This document shows positions 51,420 through 64,000 of a stretch of DNA of 64,000 nucleotides, piece by piece. The notes below the pieces were generated by a model. The model had not been told where the DNA came from, ran no database searches, and saw only the letters and a list, made by a program, of their open reading frames with translations. This DNA is from Eledone cirrhosa. Its lineage: Eukaryota. Position 1 is the first letter of the stretch. Every line of letters starts with the position of its first letter. A program made the translations under genes and the position numbers. The stretch is from the NCBI GenBank assembly GCA_964016885.1, contig OZ024743.1:110174001-110238000 (forward strand), in the 5' to 3' direction.

Positions 51420-52922
51420 ATATTAGTAGTGGTGTTGGTGGTGGTGGTGGTGGTAACAGTAATAGGAGCTGCAGAAAGAGAAGCAAGAAAAGAAGGAAGG
51501 GGATGATTATGAGAATGTAGAAGAAACCAAGATAATGCGGATAGTAATGATCTCATTCTTGTGAGGTCATTGATTCCATATGAATTAACATGATACAAAG
51601 AAAATATCGACATTAACAATAATTTATGTTATAATTAATAAATGACTCACACGGAATATGTATTCATCGTCTAATATAAATCAGGCCAATAATTCCATTA
51701 CATATACAATAGAAGGAAAGGCTCGTGATATAAACCATATATTAATAGCTATGTTACAATCTGGAATCCAAGCAAACAAATGATGGTTTGCATCGGCAAC
51801 AATTAGTTCATAGAAAAATTCCTAGAAAATTTCGATATGGTGGATTCCCGAGAGGAGTAACGAATCTAAATTTTATGGATCTGATAGTGGAATAAATAGA
51901 TAAGGTACTGCCGCTTTTGCTGCTAGGGTTCTAGCTTTGAACTTTCCTATCTTCTACATATCCACCTACATAATTCAAGTTCCATTCAAAATCCCGAATG
52001 GGAATCAGTTGAGTTTTACGCTAGTTATATTCTCAATGTTGTTACGTTCATAATATTTAGATTAGAATATTGAAGTTCGAAGGTAATAAATGAAAACCAG
52101 TCTTACAAAAGTAACTCTTACGATACGAAATATCATTGTGATAGCCGGGTATGTAATTCGACTTTGATTTTACTCACGGCTATCACATTGTAACCATTTG
52201 CAAACATATATGATACAAATGCGGAGAATGGAGAGAGGCGTTACAACATCAGACACAATGCTTTGCAGTATATATTCTGGCACTAAAAAAATATACTGAG
52301 TTCGATTTTCTCTTTCACCTTTTCAATATCGATAAAAAATACAAAGAAACATCGATGAAAAATACAAGTTTATTACTGGGGTCTATTCTCCATTTCAGTC
52401 CCTTACTCATTTCATCTTACTCGCTCACGCACTCCTTCTTTTGGAAGTACTATTCTATGTTCAGCCCTAAAATTCTGTACTTCGTCAGAGTTATAGTCCC
52501 ATGGGTCAGCGTATTTCACGACAAATCGTAGGACCATAAGTGCAAAGGATTGCAGATACAATGTTGAGGGTAACTGTACACACATAAATTTAGGGACTAT
52601 AGTCATTTATACAGTCTTCAAATATTGATTTTAGGAGTTTCATTCAAACCTCCACCAAGAGTTGCTTCCATGCACACATACTATTGATGATAAGAGTATG
52701 AAGAACGAATGAGTATTATAATATAGATGGGCATATGCCAAATTTGAATCTACTCTTTTTTATAGGTTTGTAATGACATACGTGTTTTTGCCGAAATATT
52801 TAAACCTTGGGCATCTTCGTTCATAGTGAACGTACAGTTGCATCGATATGTTCACAATTAAAACGATTTGCATCAATAACGCCAATATAGATAAGTACAA
52901 TATAGATAAGATTGATACAAGC

Positions 52923-52984
52923 AATTCTATTTCATTCATTATGTTCGAAGTTGCAACTTCAAACATAATGAATGAAATAGAATT
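52923..52984. repeat. Spacer-less 62 bp palindrome
   Basis: aattctatttcattcattatgtt c gaagttg|caacttc a aacataatgaatgaaatagaatt. Confidence 0.9.
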
Positions 52985-53277
52985 CAGGTGCATATAATCT
53001 ATGTATCAGTAATATAGAAAACTAAGTCCGATAATAATTGAGAGAAAAATGACGGTATTTGTGTAATGTTTAAGTAGCTAATTGGCAGAGAAGCATGTCT
53101 AGACAATTATTAATGTTATCTTTCTGTACGAAGCAGGCATAAAAAATGGTTTACATTTGTTTAATTCTTAACATAAACACTCACACCTGCATTTGATGCA
53201 CATCGAACCTGACTCGCATGCATATGCATACCGCAAAGACAAACACACACACACGCACGCACAAACACAGACATCTT

Positions 53278-53340
<63 letters not shown>

Positions 53341-53341
53341 T

Positions 53342-53795
<454 letters not shown>

Positions 53796-54618
53796 CACAA
53801 ATCGTGGGAATACTGCATGGGAAGTTGCAGAGACAGTATAGAGAAAAATATGGCGATATTTAACATTTTCCGTTTGATTTTTGCAATCGTTTTCAATGTC
53901 GTACTGGAGTTAAGCAGAAGATTTTTTGCCTTTGGAATTTATGTTGAGATGTGGAGAATTAAGTCATGACTTGGGAGACCAATTGTCACATTTGTCACTG
54001 CGATAAACTGGACATTGATCGCCGTGTACAGTTGTAAGATAGAGGAATCGAGAGGAACTGTTCAGGGAAAGATAAGGCTAGATGTCAGATGAAGGAAATT
54101 ATGTGCGTGGGCCTAGGTATCTGTAATGGGTAAGGAGTTGATTAGAAGAAGAGGTATAAGATTCAAAGTAATATAAGATGGAAGATGTGAGAGGTACGAT
54201 CGACATACATAGAAATTAAAAGGTAAATATTTCTTTGAATAATAAAATCTACATACGTAGAATTAAGGTACAATCTACATACATAGAAATTAAAAGGTAA
54301 ATATTTCTTTGAATAATAAAATCGAGTATATATATGTAAATGAATTATTAAGTAAATGAAGGAATAGCGTAAAATAAGGTAATATATAAAGAATGTAAAC
54401 ATAAATGATTAATTGAATAATATGGAATAATATGTAGCAAAATCTGTATATATATTATGTGCATACATACACACAGATATATATGCATACATATACCGAT
54501 ACACTCACACACACACACACACAGACACCCACACATACACACACACACACCCACACACCCACACATACACACACACACACATATATATATATAAAGAGAG
54601 AGAAAGTGTGAGAGCAAG

Positions 54619-54664
<46 letters not shown>

Positions 54665-55309
54665 GGGGGGGGAGACACACACGCAAACTTACAATCACAA
54701 ATGCATACGTATAACCACATACATATTCATACGCGTACAATACAAATGATAGGAGGATAAATATAAAAGGTTGTAAAGGCAGGGTGTGGGGTTAACTACA
54801 CAAATGCACACAGAAATTTAGGGGCCTGGTAATTTACCTACTCTCTTCAACTATTGATTTTGCTTTTCATTCAAACCTGGTCGATAAAGTACTCGTAAAA
54901 GCTAAAGAATTTGCAATATCCTCCACGACCTTCTTTAAAATGTATGACCTTGTGTTTTGAACCATTAATTGAACTACATTAGAAAATACACTGCGTAATA
55001 TAAGAGCAGCGGAGAAAATATATAGCAGTCTTCACTTAAAATCACATTACTACTGACTAAAAGTTCCTTCAAATTCAACTTTGTCTTGTATGCATTTGGA
55101 GGGATTAAATATAGACACTATGTTGTAATCAGTCTAGACGCATATTATTCTCTCTATATACCGGTTATATTCCTGCGCTGGTAGATGTGCACTCTTCCAT
55201 GGACATTTATAAAATAGAAATGTTTCAGTTATTTTTCTTAGAAATTATTATTAGATATGTTGGGAGAATGTCTTAGGAAAAAAATCGAAGCAGAGATTTT
55301 ACAAGCAAA

Positions 55310-55475
55310 TTAAACCGGCAGGATACCCGGGGTAGAACAGGAGCACGATGGTTGGATAACATCTGGAAGCTTGTCGGGTCTCATTTGGAGTTCCAGTCGG
55401 ATCATTCAGAGGCGGGTGCTTCTGAAAGGACCTGCTAGACGGACTGATTGAGGACTCGGCCCCCACTCGATATTT
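55310..55475 (+). mobile_element. Degenerate RTE 3' end
   Basis: g.r..gr...rwldni-like segment. Confidence 0.4.
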
Positions 55476-56036
55476 TCAGGTGGGAATCATTTTCTGGAAC
55501 GCTCTATCGGCTCTACCAATTCGCTCCCCCAGGATGCGTCAGATTTCTATTAATTGTATCATAAAATATAAACAATCACTTCCTTTATTGCCGAATGGTT
55601 TCTATGTGTTTGGATTTAGGCATTATCATTATTGAATTTTCCAAGCAAGAAAATATATTCACTGATCACGTCTTCCTATCTTAAATATCCAGTGAATTTA
55701 CTTGCCGCCCTGATATGTATTTCACATCTGGTCTTTTTTACTATACTTCTAATCAGAGAAAATTCAAACACAAAAAAGGCTAAATGCATTGGAAAGTAGT
55801 GCATATATTTATAAATACATGCACGAACAATATACGTACACTTATGCACACACGCACACCAAACTAGGAATGTCTCAATGCTTTTGGAAGATCACCTCCC
55901 TAGTTGACCTCCAATGATTTTAATTGTTTTGGTTATATCAGAGGTGTAGCTGTATTCACCACGCTAAATCAATTGTGGGTTAATGAGGCTATTTAACCAT
56001 ATATGCTGTTCGGTTTCCTATTACACTCCTCACCAG

Positions 56037-56105
56037 ACCAAGTTTTGCGGAGGGAGCCGGTTTAGTCCCGACGAGTCGATCATGAACGAGGTTGCACTGG
56101 GTTAC
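56037..56105 (-). ncRNA. HDV-like ribozyme remnant
   Basis: Minus: ccagt gc aacctcgt tc atgatc ga ctcgtcggga CTAA accgg; homologous to 45570-45600. Confidence 0.4.
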
Positions 56106-57073
56106 AAGGAAAAAGTATGCAGGTAAATAGATGCGTGTGTTTGTATAGATGTGTATTTATAATATTCGAGACATTTAAACAGCCATTCAAATGATAGACA
56201 GATATAGATGCACTCACAAAGACACATTGACAGATACATCAACATATATATGTATATATAAATATATATATATATGTGTATGTGTGTGTGAGTGTGTGTG
56301 TGTGGGGGGTGTACATATATTTCACTCGCTCTCAACCGCTGTCTCTCTTACACTCTCGTACTCTCTCACTATATATTTATATATGTATATATATATATAG
56401 GCATTGTGTAGATATTAATTGTCTTCTACTGCTTATAAAAGCATTTTAACAGGAAATCTCTCTTTTCTACTTATCATAGAATTACAGAAAGTGCTGTCAT
56501 ATGGAGTCAACAGAAAATAAATAACATATGCGATAATAATTCGGATGTTTTGGATTGAAATATCAAAAGCCTTAGAAATGTATCTAGAATTGTATACTTT
56601 ACAGCGCAATAATATTGTGCAGCCGGTAAAATGTGTTCTAAATGGAACGAATTAACAATGGCCAGACAAACTTGTCAGATGAATGCGGACAAGTGCTTCT
56701 CATCATAACTTTTCTATACACATAATCTAACTGAATAATATTGTATGTACAATCTTTGTTGAACTAACAGTGCGAATTGATGAGGAATCGTAAAACTTTC
56801 AAGCATACATTTCTCTCTCAATCTTCTCATTCATATTTGACATCGAGTGATATTTGGTAAAACGTTTACGAAATATGACTTCCTTTCAAGTAGATTTTTA
56901 ACATCTTTTAGCAACGAAATAAAGAAATAACTCGGATGATATACTAAGTAATATAAATGAATACTGACGAAATATTAATACGAACCTGCAGATGATCAGG
57001 TGACATCCGAGTAGGTGATTTTCTTCATATATATATATATATATTTATTGGCAACATGACCCTCCCAAAGTAT

Positions 57074-57149
<76 letters not shown>

Positions 57150-57195
57150 GATATATATATACGTACATATATATATATAACTTACCTATAGTAAT

Positions 57196-59119
57196 AATTA
57201 CCTAGACACATATGACCTTAGCAACCTGTGCCCTACAAGACCAGCAAGAGACAGACCACATACCATTACCTCAATGGCCAAGAAAACCCACACAGATAGA
57301 TGGAACGGGTGGACCAGAGTCATACGGACACCCGAAAACCACGATGAACTGAAGAAAATGATTGCACATGCGGTAGGGGCCAGCATAAAACTAACCCTTA
57401 AGGAACATATGTTCAAATTTTATGGAAAAACATATGCCCAAGAGGAAGGAGCAGCCATTGGTGTTAGCATTGCAGGCGACATAGCTACCTTATTCATGGT
57501 ATGGTGGGACAGTAGACTTAAACTAAACTTAAAGAACAATTGGAAGACCTCTTAACCCTGATAATGTACTCCCGCTACTTTGATGATATAAACATCGTAG
57601 TTAAGACACCCCCACTAGAGAACAGTCAGGAACTAGAGAAAAACACAATGGAAAGCATCCAGCAAATAGCTAACTCCATCTACCAGAGTATTAGAGTTAC
57701 TATAGACTACCCAAGTAAACACCCCAACCATCGATTACATGTACTAGACACAGAGCTCTGGTTAGATACCATTAATAACAAAAAACAAATCCTCGATTCC
57801 CATTATGCCAAACCCATGACTTCCAAACATCTGATCCACCGAAACTCGGCTGTTTCGGACCATACCAAAATCAACATACTGATTGCGGATTTGGTACGGG
57901 TGTTGAGAAACGTGTCCCGCATGTGCAACCCCGAAGAACTAGAGAGACACATACAACACTTCATCCACCGTATGCAGTTCTCTGGTAACAATCAGAGAGA
58001 TAAAATCAGAGTGTATAGAGGAGCCAGAACCAAATGGGAAAAAATGGTAAATAATGACACAAATGGGACCTGCCCCTTGTATAGGAGCAAATTTTGGAAT
58101 AGAATAGAAAGAACTAGGAATAAGGCTAATAGAATAAACTCATGGTATGATAGCAATAAATACCAGAGTGTAATGTTCATCGATACAACCCCTAGAGGTG
58201 AATTAGCTTACAAATTTAGAAGGGCCCTAGATAAACATGAACTCAATATTAAGATAGTAGAAACACCAGGTACCTCCGTAAAAATACTTATTAGGAAGAC
58301 ATACCCTTTTCAAATATCCCCCTGAATAGATAAGAAATGTATAACCTGTAAAATAAGCCCCATATTAACTGTAAAACTAGAAATGTAGTGTATAGCATAA
58401 GATGTAATGTAGGACAATATAGAGACAAAAATATAGTGTACATAGGTGAGACAGCTCGTAGCGTAGGGGAACGGATAAATGAACACTGGCGAGACCTTCA
58501 AGATAGTAAAGAATCATCTGTACTCTACCAACATGCTAAAATAGAACATAAGGGTAAATTAGAGAACAGAGAAATAAAAATAGAATCTACACACAGAAAA
58601 GACGCAATGTTTAGACAAATCACAGAGGCAATAAACATAAATGAATTACAATCAAAATTAAATAGAAAATATGAGTGGAGCAGCAACATCACAACTTACA
58701 ATTAAGGACAAAATGAAAACACACACACACATAGAACAAACAACCAACCGGTAACATGTAAATAAACAAATAAATAAACAAATATAAACACACACAGACA
58801 CCTGGATGTGGCGCATGCGCAGACTGAGCACACAACACACACACATAAACAAAATGGCGTAGGACAGAACAGAGAAGTGGCACAAAAACGAAGAAAAGAA
58901 TCCCCAGTCACTGAAGAGGTCACATAATGTGTGACGAAAGAACTTTGACAATATATAAACAACTATCTGGTTGTGGAACCAACCAACCAACTAACCAACC
59001 AGAAATTTATAAATTTATAAATTCCTAAATTTATAAATTTATTATAATAAATTGAAGTGAAAGCAACTGGTGCGTGTGTTTCTTATTGGCAACATGACCC
59101 TCCCAAAGTATAACAATAT
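57196..59119 (+). mobile_element. Penelope-like element family A: RT + GIY-YIG (frameshifted) + pLTR with HHR 58906-58949
   Basis: FKFYGKTYAQEEGAAIG, YSRYFDDI, LHVLDTELW, HYAKPMTS, VYSIRCN..VYIGETARS. Confidence 0.92.
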
Positions 59120-59173
59120 CGGTTTCAACAGACGATTTCAGATAAAGAATCTTGCTAATCAAATTCAGAAACG

Positions 59174-59237
<64 letters not shown>

Positions 59238-59316
59238 GGAAGATGAAAAATTAATATAATTCGAAAGCAAGGAAAATGCCTAATGAACGATAGAAGTGCA
59301 ACGAAATTCAGAAACG

Positions 59317-59366
<50 letters not shown>

Positions 59367-59525
59367 TTTACGTATCGAGAAAGAGAAAAAAGGGGGGGAT
59401 ATGTGATACATATAGTTATTTACCAAGTAGTGTATGCCAAAGGTGCTAGATACTAGTGCCGGCAGTATTAAATATTCAAAGTGTTAATATTTAGTGGGCT
59501 AGAGAGTTAGCAGAGCGTAAGCACG

Positions 59526-59664
<139 letters not shown>

Positions 59665-60047
59665 TGATATTTTCGAAACAGCGAGCTGGTTTGAAATTAT
59701 TAGAAACGTAAACGATCGCCATATTTTAACAAAAACAAATGAAAGAAATTATTAAGCCTGATAGTGGAGTTAAGAACCATCGGAGAAATGGAAATAGATG
59801 AGTATTGACGTACATATCACGGTCATATATCATAAAATATTTGAAAATATCTTGACATATATATATAAATACATAATTGGAGAAAGCTAATAGCGATAGT
59901 CCGGCCAAATCCCAACTGACTCAACAAAGTTTAGGAAATAAGTAATTTATAATTAAACGTTCGGGGTGCTAACTTATTGTATTGTGTAGAAAATTGGCTG
60001 TAACATTGCATATGATATATATCAAATATATATATATATATATATAT

Positions 60048-60896
60048 ATTGTTATACTTTGGGTGGGTCATGTTGCCAATAAGAAACACACGCACCAGTT
60101 GCTTTCACTTCAAGTTATTATATAATTATAAATTTATAAATTTATAAATTTCTGGTTGGTTGTTATCTTGAAGTGTGCATAGGTTAGGCAGCTCGTAGTG
60201 TAGGGGAACGGATAGATGAACACTGGCGAGACCTTCAAGATAATGGAGAATCATCTGTACTCTACCAGCATGCTAAGATGGAATACAAGCGTAAATTAGA
60301 GAGCATAGAAATAAAAATGGAATCTACACACAGAAAAGGCGCAGTGTTTGGACAAATTACAGGGGCAATAAACATAAAAGAATTACAACCAAAGTTGGAT
60401 AGAAAATATGAGTTGACCGGCAACATCGCAGCTTACAATTAAGGACAAAATGAAAACACACACACACATAGAACAAAAAACCAACCAGTAACATGTAAAT
60501 AAACGAATAAATAAATGAACATAAACACACACAGACACCCGGATGTGGCGCATGCGCAGACTGAGCACACAACACACACAGAGAAAGAAAATGGCGTAGG
60601 ACAGAACAAAGGAGAGGCACAGAAACAAAGAAAGGAATCCCCAGTCACTGAAGAGGTCACCGAGTGTGTGACGAAAGAACTATGACTATTATATAAACAA
60701 CTATCTGGTTGTGGAACCAACCAACCAACCAACCAAAAATTTATAAATTTATAAATTTATAAATTTATAATAAATTGAAGTGAAAGCAACTGGTGCGTGT
60801 GTTTCTTCTTGGCAACATGACCCTCCCAAAGTATAACAATATCGGTTTCAACAGACGATTTCAGATAAAGAATCTTGCTAAACAAATTCAGAAACG

Positions 60897-60983
<87 letters not shown>

Positions 60984-61056
60984 TATATAAATGGAAGATG
61001 AAAAAATAATATAATTCGAAAGCAAGGAAAATGCCTAATGAACGATAGAAGTGCAA
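60048..61056 (+). mobile_element. Penelope family A, 5'-truncated with an inverted pLTR end (60048-60162), HHR 60643-60687 and a 3' extension
   Basis: 60048-60162 is the reverse complement of the pLTR end; 60841-61056 repeats 59118-59302. Confidence 0.88.
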
Positions 61057-61227
61057 CTCTGTCTAGGTGTCATAACTACGCTGCTTCCTGCAGGCAAAAT
61101 GATGAAGGTTTTATGGTGAAGAACAGCCTCACAGATTTCCTTGCTAAGGCGGGACACATACCTTCCTATTTTATCTCATAGATGGCAGAACATAACCTCC
61201 TATATATATATTTCCTCACACACACAT

Positions 61228-61258
<31 letters not shown>

Positions 61259-61313
61259 CATTTATATTTATAGAGAGAGAGAAGGAGAGAGAGCGAGAGA
61301 GAGATACATATCA

Positions 61314-62100
<787 letters not shown>

Positions 62101-62230
62101 TCTTGACTCTGTATTCCGTTTGTCTTTCACCGAATGTGATTTTTGAATGTATCTCTTCTTTCCATGATATCCGGATTACATTGAGTTCTTCATATGGATT
62201 TGACACTACCGTAAACTCGTGGTAGATTTA

Positions 62231-62290
<60 letters not shown>

Positions 62291-63149
62291 TATATAGATA
62301 TACCATCTTTTTACTTTAAATCGATACCCTCATTGTTTATACCGGCATTGTTTACTCTAAAGAATCTGTCTCTTGGGCATGTACATATTAAAATATCCAA
62401 GTAGTTAATATTTCTCCACCGGGTGAAGTGGAGGTTATTTTACGAAATATCACGATTACATAAGTCATCATGACCAGATTTCTGCAACTATATCATGGTC
62501 ATATATCCTAAAATATTTGAAAATATCTTGAAATATCTACCGTTTATATTGTTTCGTAACTGTTTTTTTAATTCGAAACAAATATATACGAATAAACAAT
62601 TCGAATTTGGTATAGTATTTCTGGATAAGAAAATGAAATAAATGTTGTGAAATACAATGCATGAATGACACTTGATCTAACTGTTTTAGTTGAGACTTTA
62701 TGCCTGCAAAATTGTCTGTTATAATATGGGTTCACATGTTTCACCAACAGACCTGGCATTTAATTCATTTGCAGAGAACTAGTAATAATCATAGGATAAT
62801 ATAAAAATAAAAAAAAATGTTCCCCTCATGTTCTCGTTTGTCCAAATATGAAGATTTGAAAAATTAAACATGTTTTATTTTTTTGGAAAAGCATTAAAAA
62901 TTAGACTCCTAAATTGTTTCACAAAATGGATAGTGATATAGAAATTACTAAGAAACAAGGAGGAAGTGAGGAAATGGGAGAATTCGAAAAAAAAAAAAAA
63001 TAGTGAGGCAAGGCTTAATTCTACCGCGTTGTTAGTGAGCCACTGGGATGTATTCACATATTAATAGAGACAGAATGTGATAGAAACAAGTGGCGGGGTT
63101 GGTCCATCTGGAAACACAGGTCGCAGGATTAATCGTATCCTTAGTTAGC

Positions 63150-63600
63150 AAGAAATCATCCCTACTATTGATTACTTGTATTCGCTTTCTGAGTGCCTCG
63201 AGAGTCTCCCTCAGACTGAGGCAGGAAAGGCATCATTTGCTTCCAACTGAGGTTACCTTTCTAACTTTGGACCAGATCACAGAGTATTGGGTAATGTCTG
63301 ATTTAAACTTCCAGATCAGTGATGTGAGGAAGGGGCCGCGATTTTCCCTGTATCTATCATATTAGAGGAGTGGCGACATTTGTCAAGTCATATGCATTGT
63401 CTTTATTCGCGTGCTGGAGAACATGTGCTGTTCCCGCAAACGTGATGGTGCTAGATCCTAAGGTTTTCGATGCAGTGTCCTCTACTCTCCCAGTGTTTAA
63501 TGGGTTTTCTCTATCTCTACGAATATATTTAGAATGCACTTCGAGGGCACCACTACCGTAAATATAGTTCAAGCTATATTGTTGAAGATCTATTGGCCAG
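63150..63600 (-). pseudogene. Degenerate Penelope GIY-YIG C-terminal fragment
   Basis: LTSLIWKFKSDITQYSVIWSKV...GSK*CLSCL resembles ALAHKVWEFKNKNILYSIDWSIL..CSFC at 8.4 kb. Confidence 0.5.
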
Positions 63601-63643
63601 TAGATGAAATGGAAATCCCATCTGTTTGCCTGTTCAACTTTTA

Positions 63644-63702
63644 GCTGTCTGATGAGGTTATACATGTTGAATATTGGGGATCACCGAAATATATATAACA
63701 CC
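63644..63702 (+). ncRNA. Type I hammerhead ribozyme motif related to 49685-49740
   Basis: gctgt CTGATGA ggttat...atcacc GAAA tatata TA acacc. Confidence 0.7.
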
Positions 63703-63751
63703 GATTATTAATAAACGAAGTGAATTCTAACCTGTTGATTTGTACTTCATG

Positions 63752-63822
<71 letters not shown>

Positions 63823-64000
63823 TAAAATAAAAGTTAAAATTTGGGCAAATAATCACTGCTTTCACCGTGAAACTAAAAAAAGTCAATCAATGAACGCAGG
63901 AGTAAATATTTCAAAAAACGTTGCAACCGAAGGAAGACAGGAAGGCGATACTTTGGTTCGTGGAAACGTTGCCTGGCAAAGAACGGAAAAAAACGAAGAT

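Noticed and set aside
61095-61140. ATGATGA-aggtt..aacagcct possible hammerhead
   Set aside because: C3 and GAAA are both absent

Overview
AT-rich eukaryotic (animal) genomic DNA, dense in (TA)n, (CA)n, (GA)n and (AAT)n microsatellites, with no convincing host gene. Most short ORFs in the track are microsatellite translations. The SINEs resemble octopus/cephalopod repeats (inference from memory, not checked). The window is a retroelement nest. (1) A 15 kb block (15.3-30.3 kb) built on (AAT)n tracts holds two tandem young R4/Dong-like RLE-LINE copies, a near full-length second R4/Dong-like family, a full-length Tx1/L1-like LINE on the opposite strand, and a tRNA-derived SINE. (2) There are several Penelope-like (RT + GIY-YIG) fragments, two mariner deletion derivatives, and RTE and CRE remnants. 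(3) The strongest signal the ORF track misses is about 20 type I hammerhead-ribozyme motifs from roughly a dozen or more unrelated sequence families. Most have palindromic helix III and a non-canonical base of helix II, and many sit in 60-270 bp fold-back inverted repeats in or beside (TA)n tracts. In several the fold-back axis falls inside the ribozyme. Also notable are a shared 3' terminus between the SINE and the Tx1-like LINE, and two HDV-like ribozyme remnants. All RNA folds were read by eye and are untested.
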